Shown here: positions 36,829-47,781 of the stretch, one piece after another
How positions within the stretch are numbered: position 1 is the first letter of the stretch
Layout of the letters: the number at the start of each line of letters is the position of its first letter
NCBI GenBank assembly: GCA_963729895.1
Contig: CAVSQB010000003.1
Location: 96,001-160,000, forward strand
DNA length: 64,000 nucleotides
Direction of reading: 5' to 3'
DNA from: an uncultured Fibrobacterota bacterium
GTDB taxonomy: Bacteria > Fibrobacterota > Chitinivibrionia > Chitinivibrionales > FEN-1185
Program-made: the position numbers and the translations under genes
The notes under the pieces: model-generated
Seen by the model: only the letters and a program-made list of their open reading frames with translations
Databases searched by the model: none
Told to the model about the DNA's origin: nothing

Positions 36829-39141
36829 TCACCGCACAACACAAACCCTCCCCCGCCTCTCCCAATCACTCCCCGACCCCTTGACGCTGAATACGTACGC
36901 ATACATGCCCTGGCCGATTTTCCCGGCCTTGCCCATCTCGGCCGCGAGATCAATTGAGTAGCTTCCCGCTTCCATGGACGATTGAGCCATTGCGAATATC
37001 CGCCGTCCCCTGCAATCGTACACCGCAAACGTCACGCTGCTTGAAGAAACCAGTTCATACTTTACCACGCTGCCCTGTTGCCAAAAAGATAGCGCCTGGT
37101 TCTTTACCGCACGCGATGAAACAGCGAGGCTGGTGTCGCTGCAGACCAGGATCTGAGAGGAAAACGGCGCCAAAAGAAGCGGGCCGGTGACCGGCCTGTT
37201 GTCAAGATCGACCCACGTTCCGGCTGCAACGGCAAATGATTGCTGCGACGGGCTTTCATTGATGAAGATGGTGCCTGTGCCGTAGGACTTGGCCGCGCTC
37301 ATGCCCGGCGGCCGCTTGATCGGGTCGGTCTTTGCCGTACCATCGGCCCATGAATACAACGTATTCCACTGGCCGAGCGTGTAATCGTACAGGGTGTAGT
37401 AGTTGTTTCCGGTCCCATAGCCGCACACGACCGAGTCGGTGTAAGGGTTGCAGAAATAATTCCCGGTGAGCGCGCCGTAGTTGTACTCGGGCCTGAACTC
37501 GAGCGCGTCTTCCGGCCGCGCGGCCGAGTAGCATACGTTTCCGGCTATCACGTTGCCCTGCGGAAGATTCTGCGTGCGGCCCGCACTGCTGTTTGTCAAT
37601 TGGCCGTCGAGATCGAGCTGGGCGATTGCGTTGTCGAACAGGACATTGCTCTTTACCGTGTCGGCGAAATTGTTGGGAAGATAGATGCCGTTGCAGCCGC
37701 TGCGGACCACGGTGTTGTTCTCCACCACGCTCTGGTGAAAATCGCCAAGAAACTCAAGCCATATTCCCTGTCCCAGAGGATACCACGGGCCGCTCGACGT
37801 AAGATCACCCTTGGTGTCGTAGATGATGTTGTTGGTCATATGGCTCCTGCTGCAGTCGGCATAAATCGCGCCGCCGTCGTTGAGCGTCCACATGGCCCGC
37901 TTGATGATGTTGCAATACACGAAATTGCTGTCGCTCCCCAGCAGGATCGCGGCGTATCCTGTCTTGTCAACGTAGTTGTAGCGCACCTGGACCCCTGAGC
38001 TCAGGTGGACCAGAATGCCCACGGCATGCCAGGTGCCGGTGCCGCCGTATCCGGCAAACGATCCGGTATTGAGCAGCGTATCGTGTTCGATGATCGATTG
38101 CCCCTTGCGGCCGGAATTCTCGTACCACGAAATGCCGAGGTTCAGGTTGTTTTCGAACAGGTTGTTGAAGACATGGGAATTGGCGATGTCCCAGGACGCG
38201 CTGAGCGCGCTCCCGCCGCTGTCGCCGCCTATCCACTCGAATCTGCAGTTGGAAACAGCGCTGGTCCCGGAGAATATCAAGCCGTTTTCGAGCTGGTGCC
38301 GGAAGCAAATGTTGTCCACCGTGCCGCCGCCGAGCCGCATGCCATAAGTCAAGTACGAACCTTCGACGAGCATGGTATTCGGGTCTGCGCCGCCCGGCGG
38401 GTACAGGTAGACTTTGCCGGTCGTTGCATCGTAAAACCATTCCCCGGGCGCGTTGAGTTCCTCGAATTTATTGTCGATGTAAAAGCCCCAGCCCCTGGTT
38501 CCGTCGCTCGGATCGATGTGGATGACGCTTGCGCCCGCAAGATACAGCTTGCCCGACGCGTCATAGTTCGAAATGCGCCGCGTTTCGAACCACCAGCTCC
38601 AGCGCCGCCAGCGGATTTGAGCATTTGTCCAGTACCCCGCCGCGTTGCCGGGGTGCTGCGCGAGCGCCGCCACCGTAATGACGGTGTTGGAGCCGTCCGC
38701 GTTTTCGGTCATGGTGTCCACGCGCAGCCATCCGGTGTCGGGATACCGCGCAAGGGTCATCATGGAGTCGTTGACAAACAATTTCTGGATGCCGTGCGCG
38801 CATGAAGCGACCCAGATTGATCCTTTGTAAACGCTCCAGGCCGTGATGGCCGCGCTGCCGCTGATCACCGGTTGCGGGCCGGCAGATCCGTACGCGCCGA
38901 TGACCGGGTTGGAAACGGCGGAAAGGTTCAGGGTGTCTCTGAAGACGCCCTGCCGCTTGAGCAACAGCGTGTCCCTGGACCGCACTTTTGTGCTTGCGTA
39001 TGACAACGTCGCAAAGGCGGCGCTGTCGCTTGTACCGGCGTTCCCGTCGCTGCCGGAGTTGGAACAGTAATAGGTGGCCGCACAAGCATTGAAGGGTAAT
39101 GCGATAGCTACGATGATGATAAAAATGAAGAGGAGTTTCAT
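36829..39141 (-). CDS. Secreted right-handed parallel beta-helix protein with T9SS-like C-terminal domain
   Basis: ATYYCSNSGSDGNAGTS, LARYPD, LNAPGEWFYD, DGGAIY, Asn-ladder repeats; C-terminal VYDCRGRRI...GMY. Confidence 0.85.
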   Translation of the reverse strand: MKLLFIFIIIVAIALPFNACAATYYCSNSGSDGNAGTSDSAAFATLSYASTKVRSRDTLLLKRQGVFRDTLNLSAVSNPVIGAYGSAGPQPVISGSAAITAWSVYKGSIWVASCAHGIQKLFVNDSMMTLARYPDTGWLRVDTMTENADGSNTVITVAALAQHPGNAAGYWTNAQIRWRRWSWWFETRRISNYDASGKLYLAGASVIHIDPSDGTRGWGFYIDNKFEELNAPGEWFYDATTGKVYLYPPGGADPNTMLVEGSYLTYGMRLGGGTVDNICFRHQLENGLIFSGTSAVSNCRFEWIGGDSGGSALSASWDIANSHVFNNLFENNLNLGISWYENSGRKGQSIIEHDTLLNTGSFAGYGGTGTWHAVGILVHLSSGVQVRYNYVDKTGYAAILLGSDSNFVYCNIIKRAMWTLNDGGAIYADCSRSHMTNNIIYDTKGDLTSSGPWYPLGQGIWLEFLGDFHQSVVENNTVVRSGCNGIYLPNNFADTVKSNVLFDNAIAQLDLDGQLTNSSAGRTQNLPQGNVIAGNVCYSAARPEDALEFRPEYNYGALTGNYFCNPYTDSVVCGYGTGNNYYTLYDYTLGQWNTLYSWADGTAKTDPIKRPPGMSAAKSYGTGTIFINESPSQQSFAVAAGTWVDLDNRPVTGPLLLAPFSSQILVCSDTSLAVSSRAVKNQALSFWQQGSVVKYELVSSSSVTFAVYDCRGRRIFAMAQSSMEAGSYSIDLAAEMGKAGKIGQGMYAYVFSVKGSGSDWERRGRVCVVR

Positions 39142-39461
39142 AAGAAGTCCTTGGCAAATATTGAAATCTTCATGGCTCAACATCTGAAGAATTATTTTTA
39201 TCTGCGTGAATCTGCGATTCGGACGTTCTTGTCAGCCCGCCGTCTTTCCGTCATCCCGCTTCTCTTTAGAATATACGGTTCATTCAACTTTTTGTCAACA
39301 TTGACGGCGAGGGCCTGGACAACTTTTCTGGAAAGTTCTAGAAAATGAAACTTTCGTTTGGGGAACCGGGATCGCAGATCCAGACAACACGATGGTGACC
39401 AAAAAACCTTCATGATCGGGCCACCAGTCGCCCATAGGGCGGAAGTTTTCTTTGAATAAAC

Positions 39462-40289
39462 TTACTGCAAAAAGAAACCCAGCAGCGCCTCGGCGATCCC
39501 CTGGGCTGTCTGGTCGAATTCCTGGTCTTTGCAGTAAATCTGCAGAATCTCGAGCGCCGTGAGAAGGTCGGCCTTGGTGAGATCGGTATCTTCCCCTGCG
39601 AGCCGTGCCGCAAGGTCTTCGACATTATCAAAGTAGAACACGATACGGCCGTCGCGGTTCTCGATGTCGTCGATTTCGCCCTGCAGGCGCCCGGCGTACC
39701 GGATGATGACGCTCTTCTCTTCCGGCGTGAAGTGGACGTCCGTGATGCGCGTATCGTCCAGGTCGGACTGCTGGATCTCGTCGAAACTGAACGACGCGAG
39801 CCGTTCCTTCACATCCGAGTGCCTCACTCGGTAGACGCCGTCAACCAGGTCGAAATGGCCCGCCACGAGTGCCATCGCCTTGTCAACGGAGTCCTTGTGC
39901 ACGTACACGCCCGCCTGCACGGGCGTATTCTGCGGGCCGGGCAGGGCGGCCGGTTGCACGCTTGTGTCGAGAAAGAACGGCACATCTTCGTCCCCGAACA
40001 TGGCGCGGATCACAACGCCGTCGGTGCGGGAAAAAGACCCCGACAGCTTCACGAAATCGTCTCGTTTGAGGTGGAGCACGCTCACATTGCCCTGGTCGCC
40101 GAGCTCGCCCACAAGGCCTTTCTTCCCGTATTCGTCGATCTCCTCCTTGCCAATGCCGCGGCGCACAAGCTCGGCCTCCATGGTCTTGATCGCCTCCGGG
40201 GTATACTCGTCGCGCAAGTGAACATACTGTTCGAGAAGAAACGGCGTAGGATAGCCCTGGACAAGTTCGTGCAACACGGGATACGACAC
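39462..40289 (-). CDS. Hypothetical acidic protein
   Basis: AGGAGG before GTG 40289; 275-aa ORF with host-like GC-rich codons. Confidence 0.75.
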   Translation of the reverse strand: MSYPVLHELVQGYPTPFLLEQYVHLRDEYTPEAIKTMEAELVRRGIGKEEIDEYGKKGLVGELGDQGNVSVLHLKRDDFVKLSGSFSRTDGVVIRAMFGDEDVPFFLDTSVQPAALPGPQNTPVQAGVYVHKDSVDKAMALVAGHFDLVDGVYRVRHSDVKERLASFSFDEIQQSDLDDTRITDVHFTPEEKSVIIRYAGRLQGEIDDIENRDGRIVFYFDNVEDLAARLAGEDTDLTKADLLTALEILQIYCKDQEFDQTAQGIAEALLGFFLQ

Positions 40290-40471
40290 GGTGGCCCTCC
40301 TGTGTGAAGCTGGGTGCCCGGCGCGGCGAAAGCGCGCCGCCGGGCTTCCGAAAATATACGATAGCGGCGGGCCATGAGTCACTTTGGCGCCGCAACTTTC
40401 TTCACTGATTCCCACGCCGTCCGGCGCTTCGCACAATGGTCAGGTTGCCTTGACGGCCCGCCGTACTGTTC

Positions 40472-42781
40472 TCACAACCTGACATTCCTCAACCGCAGCG
40501 CATTCGTAATCACCGACACCGACGAAAAGCTCATTGCCGCGGCGGCAATGATGGGACTCAGCAGAATTCCGAACAGCGGATACAGCGCCCCGGCCGCAAC
40601 CGGCACCCCGATTGCATTGTAGACAAATGCAAACAGCAGGTTCTGCCTGATGTTTCTCATGGTAGCGCGGCTGAGGCGCCGAGCGCGGACAATACCCGTA
40701 AGTTCTCCTTTTATAAGTGTCACGCCGGCGCTTTCCATGGCCACGTCCGTTCCGGTTCCCATCGCAATGCCCACCTGCGCCTGTGCGAGTGCAGGTGCGT
40801 CGTTGATGCCGTCCCCAGCCATGGCAACAATCCTGCCCTCTCCCTGCAGCCGCCTGACCGCCTCGGCTTTCTGGCCGGGCAGCACTTCGGCGATCACCTC
40901 GTGGATGCCGAGTTTACCCGCAATTGCCCGGGCGCTGGACTCGTTGTCGCCGGTCAACATCACAATACGCAATCCCTCTCTGCGAAGCTCCTGCAAGGCA
41001 CGCGGCGTCGATTCCTTGATTGTGTCCGACACCACGATTACGCCCGCGGCCTTGCCGTCGACGGCAACGTACGTTACGCCCTTTGCTTCCCCAGCCGCAG
41101 CCTCGGCTGCCTTCAGAAGTTCGGGCGGAAACGCGGACACGCCCGCCACAAAGGCGAAATTCCCCAATGTCACATGACGCGCCTGTACTGTTCCCGCAAC
41201 GCCGCGCCCGGCCGTTGAAGCAAAGCTTGTCGCTTCGACAAAGGCTATGCCGCGTAACGCAGCGGCTTGGGTTATCGCGGCCGCCAGCGGATGCTCGCTT
41301 TTCTTCTCCAGCCCGGCGACCAGCCCAAGCACTTCGCTTTCGGTAAAGCCCTGCGCGGGAAGCACCGCGGTCACCGCGGGTCTCCCCAGAGTCAATGTTC
41401 CCGTCTTGTCAATTACAAGCGTGTCGACCTTTCCCAGCACTTCCACGGCGGCCGCGTCCCGGAAGAGCACGCCCGAACCGGCGGCCCTGCCCATGGCCAC
41501 CATGATCGACATGGGCGTTGCAAGGCCCAGGGCGCAGGGGCATGCGATGATGAGCACGGCTAGTGCGTTTACCAACGCGTATGTCATGGCTGGGGCCGGG
41601 CCGAAAAGCGCCCACACGGCAAACGTCAGCACCGACGCGGCGACCACGGCAGGAACGAAATACAAGGCGACGCGGTCGGCCAGTTTTTGGACAGGCGGGC
41701 GGCTGCGCTGTGCGGCAGCCACCATGGCAACTATATGAGCCAGGAGAGTCCGGGCCCCAACGGCCTTTGCTTCCATCACAAGTGAGCCTGCCATGTTCAC
41801 GGTTGAGCCGATCACGGAGTCACCCTTGTGTTTTTCAACAGGCATGGGCTCGCCGGTCACCATGGATTCGTCTACCGCGCCGCTTCCTTCGATCACCACG
41901 CCGTCAACCGGCACCTTCTCACCCGGCCGAACGCGCAGCCTGTCGCCGTGTTGTATCGTGTCGATGAGCACAGGCTCCTCGGTACCGCCGGCCGAGACCT
42001 TCACGGCTGTCTTTGGTGCGAGCGACAGGAGCGCCCGAATGGCGTCCCCGGTTCTCTGCCGCGCCCGAAGCTCCAGGACTTGTCCCAGCAAAACGAGCGT
42101 CACGATAGATGCCGACGCCTCGAAATACACGCCGATTGCTCCGTGGCCGTCTCTGAACACGGCCGGAAACAGGCCCGGGAACAGCGTTGCCGCGACGCTA
42201 TACAAATACGACACCGCGACCCCGCAGCCGATGAGCGTGAACATGTTCGGACTTCTGTTGACAACAGAGTTCCATGCTCGGACGACAAACGGCAATCCGG
42301 CCCATAGCACCACCGGCGTCGCAAGGACGAGTTCGACCCAGTGCACTCCGGCCATCCACACGTGCGGCATGATGCGTGGAACCATTGGGAGCATGGCAAC
42401 AAACACCAGCGGCACGGAAATAGCAAGGCTTGTCCAGAACCTGCGGGTCATGTCGACAAGCTCCGGATTCTTTTCATCTGCAACCGATATCGTTTCCGGC
42501 TCCAGTGCCATGCCGCATTTGGGGCAGGCGCCCATGACGGGAGAACGCACTTCCGGGTCCATGGGGCAGATGTAGAACGTTCCGTGAGGGGGAGTTGAAG
42601 GCTGAGGTTGCTTGACCGGATTCAAGTAACGCTCGGGATCGGTTCTGAATTTGACCAGGCAGTCCTCCGAACAGAACCGATACGTAACGCCTTTGTGAAC
42701 GTAGGAACGGGTCCATTGCGGCGTTTCTGTCATGCCGCAGACTGGGTCTCTTTTCTGCTTGTTCATCTGGTTTTCTAGCAT
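40472..42781 (-). CDS. copA: Cu(I)/Ag(I) P1B-type ATPase with YHS and CPMxP metal-binding domains
   Basis: DPVCGM...FCSEDC, YICPMDP...[40 protein letters not shown]. Start 42781 or 42766. Confidence 0.93.
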   Translation of the reverse strand: MLENQMNKQKRDPVCGMTETPQWTRSYVHKGVTYRFCSEDCLVKFRTDPERYLNPVKQPQPSTPPHGTFYICPMDPEVRSPVMGACPKCGMALEPETISVADEKNPELVDMTRRFWTSLAISVPLVFVAMLPMVPRIMPHVWMAGVHWVELVLATPVVLWAGLPFVVRAWNSVVNRSPNMFTLIGCGVAVSYLYSVAATLFPGLFPAVFRDGHGAIGVYFEASASIVTLVLLGQVLELRARQRTGDAIRALLSLAPKTAVKVSAGGTEEPVLIDTIQHGDRLRVRPGEKVPVDGVVIEGSGAVDESMVTGEPMPVEKHKGDSVIGSTVNMAGSLVMEAKAVGARTLLAHIVAMVAAAQRSRPPVQKLADRVALYFVPAVVAASVLTFAVWALFGPAPAMTYALVNALAVLIIACPCALGLATPMSIMVAMGRAAGSGVLFRDAAAVEVLGKVDTLVIDKTGTLTLGRPAVTAVLPAQGFTESEVLGLVAGLEKKSEHPLAAAITQAAALRGIAFVEATSFASTAGRGVAGTVQARHVTLGNFAFVAGVSAFPPELLKAAEAAAGEAKGVTYVAVDGKAAGVIVVSDTIKESTPRALQELRREGLRIVMLTGDNESSARAIAGKLGIHEVIAEVLPGQKAEAVRRLQGEGRIVAMAGDGINDAPALAQAQVGIAMGTGTDVAMESAGVTLIKGELTGIVRARRLSRATMRNIRQNLLFAFVYNAIGVPVAAGALYPLFGILLSPIIAAAAMSFSSVSVITNALRLRNVRL

Positions 42782-42844
42782 GGTTGATGAAATCCGCGTC
42801 CTTCTGTTGTTGGTCAATATTGTTTGTCGGGATTCGGCAAGATT

Positions 42845-43051
42845 ACTTCTGCCCGCGCGCCAAGCTGGACCAGTAGGGTGCGGTAGCGCTCCGCGCTTCG
42901 TTATTGTGTCCCTTGCCTTGTGCCGGTCGACCCCGCCGAAGGCATAGGGGCGATCCGGCAACGGAGGCCGAACGGCAGACGACCCTTGGAAGCACCCGAA
43001 GGGGTGGCCCGGAGGGAGGACCGACCCAAGCGAAGCGAGGGGAACGCCCAA
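42845..43051. repeat. Dispersed structured element, copy B
   Basis: ACTTCTGCCC...TGCCGGTCGACCCCGCC-gaa-GGCATAGGGGCGATCCGGCA...GGGAGGACCGACCC...GGGGAACGCCCAA. Confidence 0.85.
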
Positions 43052-43092
43052 CTCTTATTTTACTTCGTGAGGCGGCGGAGCACCCAACTTTT

Positions 43093-46000
43093 CTAATTCT
43101 TCCTCGCTATCTCTCTTTTCCTCCACAGAAAATAAATCGCCGGATACACCAGTAACTCCATGAGCACCGACGTCACCACGCCGCCCACCATGGGCGCGGC
43201 GATGCGTTTCATCACGTCGGAGCCGGTCCCATTGCTCCACATGATCGGAAGTAAACCTGCGACGATCACCGATGCCGTCATGATCTTTGGCCGCACGCGG
43301 CGCGCCGCGCCGCTGTCGATTGCCCCCTTCAGACCGGAAATCGTCACGGCGCCAATGGTTCTTGCGCTCTCGTAGGCCTGATCGAGATACAGAAGCATAA
43401 CCACCCCGGTCTCGGAGCTCAGGCCCGCAAGCGCAATGACTCCCACCCATACGGCCACACTCATATTGTAGCCGAGAAGATACACGAACCAAATGGCGCC
43501 GACAAGCGAAAATGGAACGGCCAGGAGAATGATTGAGGTTTTGACAAGCGACTTCGTATTTAGGAATAGAATGATGAATATTATGAACAGCGTCATGGGA
43601 ATGACCATCACAAGCCGCTTCTGGCTGCGCTGCAGGTATTCGTACTCGCCGCTCCAGATGATGCTGTAGCCGGTGGGAAGCTTTACTTGCGCGGCAACCG
43701 CTTTTTGGGCTTGGCGAATATAGGTTCCCATGTCGGTCCCGCGCATGTCAACAAACACCCACACGTTGGGACGGCTGTCTTCGCTCCGGATGACCATGGG
43801 GCCCTTGTTTATCTCAAAGTCCGCAACCTGACCGAGCGGCACCTGCAAGCCGCCCATTGCTGACGGTTGGCCTCCCATACCGGCAGGTTGACCGCCGCCG
43901 CCTTTGCCTGTCACAAGCACTCGCTTGAGCTCCTCCACGTTGTCGCGCAATTCTCGGCTGTAGCGAAGGTTCACCGTGTAGCGTTCCAGGCCTTCGACGG
44001 TTGTGGTGATGCTCATGCCGCCGAGCGCAGTCTCGATGACCGACTGAATGTCCGAGATGTTGAGGCCATAGCGTCCGGCTTTGAACCGGTCGATCTTGAT
44101 ATCCAGGTAGTTGCCGCCCACGGCGCGTTCTGCAAAGGCCGAGGTGGTGTACGGGACCACACGCACGACAGACTCCACCTCCTTGCCCAGCATTTGCAGC
44201 GTGTCGAGGTTCGCCCCGGAGATCTTGATGCCCACCGGCGTTTTTATGCCGGTTGAGAGCATGTCGGTGCGCGTTTTGATCGGCATGGTCCAGGCGTTGG
44301 TAAGGCCGGGACATTTTATCGCATCGTCAAGCTGCTGCACGAGCTTCTCGCGGGTCATTCCTTTGGGCCACTCCCTTTCGGGCCTAAGCATGATGATGGT
44401 TTCCAGCATGTCCAGTCCAGCCGGATCCGTGGCGGTTTCCGCCCGTCCCGCCTTGCCGAACACACGCTTGACTTCAGGAAACGAGCTGATGATCTTGTCG
44501 GTTTGCTGCAGGATCTCCTTTGCGTTGGTTACAGAGACGCCTGGCATTGTTGTCGGCATGTACAAGAGGTCGCCTTCGTAAAGAGGCGGCATGAATTCCG
44601 AACCGAGTTTCATAAAGGGAAGGATGCTGATTGCGATGACAAGGACCGCGGCCGCAATGACCCATTTCGGATACCGCACGACAAACTTGACAATCGGATG
44701 ATAGAGCGAAATGAGAAACCGATTGATCGGATTTGCGTGCTCGGGCCGCATTTTCCCGCGCACGAAGAACCCCATCAGCACCGGCACAATAGTAACGGCG
44801 AGTATCGCCGCAGCGGCCATGGAATATGTTTTTGTAAAGGCAAGCGGCTTAAACAACCGTCCTTCCTGCGCCTCAAGCGTGAAGATCGGGATAAACGATA
44901 CCGTGATCACCAGCAGCGACCAGAACAGCGGCGGTCCCACCTCTTTCGAGGCCTGCATTATTACCTGCCAATGGGGTATTCGCGCCTCGGGCGGTTTCAC
45001 ATTTTCAGCCTCGAGGTGTTTATGAGCATTTTCAATCATGATGATTGCAGCATCCACCATTGCACCGATGGCTATCGCGATGCCGCCCAGCGACATGATG
45101 TTCGCATTGAGTCCCTGCATCCGCATGACGACAAAGGCCATGAGGATCGCCGTGGGCAGGGTGAATACCGCGACAAACGCGCTTCTCAGGTGAAAGAGAA
45201 ACAGTGCGCACACAAGCGCCACAATGACAATTTCCTCAAAGAGTTTGTCGCGCAGGTTCACAATGGCGCGCTCGATAAGTGACGCGCGATTATACGTAGG
45301 CACGATCTGCACGTCCGGCGGCATTCCGGCCTTGAGTACTTCGAGTTTCTTTTCCACCGCCTTGATGACCTTCCGGGCGTTCCCGCCGAACCGCATGACC
45401 ACGATGCCGCCCGCGACATCTCCCTTTCCGTCAAGATCGGCCAGCCCCCGCCGCATTTCGGGCCCGATTGCCACGTCCGCGACATCGCCGATCCGTACCG
45501 CAACTCCGCGCCCGAGGTCGGTCTTAACCGGAATATTCTTGATGTCGTCAATGGATTTAATGTAGCCCAGACCCCGGATCATGAACTCCATTTCCGCCAT
45601 CTCAATCACTTCTCCACCCACATCGCTATTGGCGTTTTTGATCGCCATTTCGATGTCACCCACCGGGATACCATATGCCTGCAGCTTCGCCGGGTCCACG
45701 GTCACCTGGTATTGCTTGACATACCCGCCGATGCTGGCCACCTCGGCAACGCCTTCAATGCTTGACAATCCGTACTTGAGGTACCAGTCCTGGAGAGACC
45801 TGAGTTCCTGAAGCGAGCGCGTGGGCGATGTGAGCGCATATTCGTAGACCCATCCGACGCCCGTGGCGTCCGGACCGAGCGCGGGCAACACTCCCGCAGG
45901 CAAACGTTTCTGTGCGTAATTCAGGTACTCAAGCACGCGGCTACGCGCCCAGTAGATGTCCGTGCCATCTTTGAAGATAACATACACGAGCGAATAGCCG

Positions 46001-46263
46001 AAAAACGAATACCCGCGCACCACTCGTGCACCGGGGACCGACAGCAGCGACGTGGTGAGCGGATAGGTCACTTGATCTTCAATTATGCGGGGCGATTGTC
46101 CCTCATATTCCGTGTAGACGATGACTTGCACGTCGCTCAAATCCGGGATCGCATCAACGGGTGTTGTGACAATCGACCAAATGCCCGCGCCGATGACAAA
46201 AATCGTGACCATGATCACGAGGAACTTGTTCTTAATCGACCATTCAATGAGTTTTTCGAGCAT
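43093..46263 (-). CDS. cusA: Heavy-metal efflux RND permease
   Basis: DAIPDLSDVQVI, LGPDATGVGW, EFMPPLYEG, GKAGRAETATDPA, TRTDMLSTGIK, RVRPKIMT. Confidence 0.97.
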   Translation of the reverse strand: MLEKLIEWSIKNKFLVIMVTIFVIGAGIWSIVTTPVDAIPDLSDVQVIVYTEYEGQSPRIIEDQVTYPLTTSLLSVPGARVVRGYSFFGYSLVYVIFKDGTDIYWARSRVLEYLNYAQKRLPAGVLPALGPDATGVGWVYEYALTSPTRSLQELRSLQDWYLKYGLSSIEGVAEVASIGGYVKQYQVTVDPAKLQAYGIPVGDIEMAIKNANSDVGGEVIEMAEMEFMIRGLGYIKSIDDIKNIPVKTDLGRGVAVRIGDVADVAIGPEMRRGLADLDGKGDVAGGIVVMRFGGNARKVIKAVEKKLEVLKAGMPPDVQIVPTYNRASLIERAIVNLRDKLFEEIVIVALVCALFLFHLRSAFVAVFTLPTAILMAFVVMRMQGLNANIMSLGGIAIAIGAMVDAAIIMIENAHKHLEAENVKPPEARIPHWQVIMQASKEVGPPLFWSLLVITVSFIPIFTLEAQEGRLFKPLAFTKTYSMAAAAILAVTIVPVLMGFFVRGKMRPEHANPINRFLISLYHPIVKFVVRYPKWVIAAAVLVIAISILPFMKLGSEFMPPLYEGDLLYMPTTMPGVSVTNAKEILQQTDKIISSFPEVKRVFGKAGRAETATDPAGLDMLETIIMLRPEREWPKGMTREKLVQQLDDAIKCPGLTNAWTMPIKTRTDMLSTGIKTPVGIKISGANLDTLQMLGKEVESVVRVVPYTTSAFAERAVGGNYLDIKIDRFKAGRYGLNISDIQSVIETALGGMSITTTVEGLERYTVNLRYSRELRDNVEELKRVLVTGKGGGGQPAGMGGQPSAMGGLQVPLGQVADFEINKGPMVIRSEDSRPNVWVFVDMRGTDMGTYIRQAQKAVAAQVKLPTGYSIIWSGEYEYLQRSQKRLVMVIPMTLFIIFIILFLNTKSLVKTSIILLAVPFSLVGAIWFVYLLGYNMSVAVWVGVIALAGLSSETGVVMLLYLDQAYESARTIGAVTISGLKGAIDSGAARRVRPKIMTASVIVAGLLPIMWSNGTGSDVMKRIAAPMVGGVVTSVLMELLVYPAIYFLWRKREIARKN

Positions 46264-46284
46264 ATATTTCCCGCCTAACGGTTT

Positions 46285-47781
46285 TCACATCCCCGGCATA
46301 TTCATTTTTTGATTTTCTTGCGGCGCCTGTTTCTTCTCTTGACTCGAAGCATCTGTCTGCTTCTCAGGCACTGGCGAGGACATTCCCATGCCGCCCATCC
46401 GGCTTACCGCCTTCTTAAGGTTGCTTTCGGAGTCGATGAGAAACTGGGACGATGTGACGATGGTTTGCCCTTCCGTAAGTCCGGCCAGAACCTGGACAAA
46501 ACCGTTGGCGCTCATTCCGAGCGTCACTTCCTGGGGCTTGAAACAGCCATTGCCGAGCGAGACAATGACGATGTTCCGAGGCCCGGTATGGATAACGGCC
46601 TGCTGAGAGACGGAAAGCACGCTTTTCGAAAGGGGCGACTGTATGGTAACGTTCGCAAACATCTGCGGTTTGAGCAGCCTGTCCGGAGTGTTACGGATGG
46701 CGATCCGGACGGCCGCTGTTTTCGTGGATGCATCGAGCACCGGCGAAACGAATTGGACTTTCCCCGTGAATGTTCTGCCCGGTATGGACGACACCTCGGT
46801 CGTCGCCTCGGTCCCGAGCTTCACATAAGGCAGGTCCTCCTGATAGACATTGGCGATAGCCCACACCACCGAAAGGTCCGCCACTTTGTAAAGCGCCATG
46901 CCCGGCATGACGTTTTGCCCGGCCACGACCATCTTTTCCAATACCACGCCGCCGGACGGCGAATAGATGGTCATGTTCTTTTCCGGCGTATTGCGTTCCT
47001 CAAGCGCCGCAATCGCCTTGTCCGGAATGTCCCAGTTTAAGAGCCTGCGCTTGCCGCTTTCGACCAACTGTTCGGCGCCCTTTCTTGCGTCGGACGCCAC
47101 GCCCTCAGGCAGGCTTTTGAGATAACGAATGGCCTGCAGGTATTCCTCCTGCGCACTCACGAGGTCCGGACTGTAAATCGTGAGCAGCGGCTGACCTTTT
47201 TTTACCGCCTGGCCCGTATAATCGATAAAGAGTTTTTCAACCCATCCCATTATCTTCGTATTGACCACGCTGATTTCCGTCTCATTGAGATCGAGGGTTC
47301 CAGAAACGCGGATCTCCTTTTTCAAATCACGGGCAGTTACGGTCTCTGTTGCAACGCCCATGTTCTGCACGGTCGTAGGATCGATTTTCACCTCACCCGC
47401 TTCACCCCCGGCCTCGTCTGCGTATACCGGAACCATGTCCATGCCGTCAGGAGCCTTGCCGGGCTTGTCCGAGGTATGCGAAGGGTTCATGGCGTCGCGA
47501 TAGTAAAGGATCTTTCCTTCCTTCCTGCCTGCATCGCCTCCCGATGAGCCGGAAGCCCCGGCCGGCGCGTTGACCGGCACAAGTTTCATTCCGCAAATGG
47601 GACAACTCCCGGGTTTATCCGACAGATAATTCGGATGCATCGGACAATGGTAGATTTGTTTTTGAGCGGTCGCTTGCGCTTCATTCTTGGACTTTTGACA
47701 AGAGATAAGCGCCCCAGAAAGGCCGAAGGCGACCAGTCCTCCGGCAAGGATTACTGCCACGGTTCTTCCGGAACTGATCAT
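46285..47781 (-). CDS. cusB: RND periplasmic adaptor with heavy-metal binding domains
   Basis: YHCPMHP...CPICGM, YYRDAMNP...PGKAPDGMD, YSPDLVSAQEEYL, QFLIDSESNL. Confidence 0.93.
   Translation of the reverse strand: MISSGRTVAVILAGGLVAFGLSGALISCQKSKNEAQATAQKQIYHCPMHPNYLSDKPGSCPICGMKLVPVNAPAGASGSSGGDAGRKEGKILYYRDAMNPSHTSDKPGKAPDGMDMVPVYADEAGGEAGEVKIDPTTVQNMGVATETVTARDLKKEIRVSGTLDLNETEISVVNTKIMGWVEKLFIDYTGQAVKKGQPLLTIYSPDLVSAQEEYLQAIRYLKSLPEGVASDARKGAEQLVESGKRRLLNWDIPDKAIAALEERNTPEKNMTIYSPSGGVVLEKMVVAGQNVMPGMALYKVADLSVVWAIANVYQEDLPYVKLGTEATTEVSSIPGRTFTGKVQFVSPVLDASTKTAAVRIAIRNTPDRLLKPQMFANVTIQSPLSKSVLSVSQQAVIHTGPRNIVIVSLGNGCFKPQEVTLGMSANGFVQVLAGLTEGQTIVTSSQFLIDSESNLKKAVSRMGGMGMSSPVPEKQTDASSQEKKQAPQENQKMNMPGM

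Noticed and set aside
39200..39216. ATCTGCG direct repeat pair
   Set aside because: Only two short units; too little to support a call.
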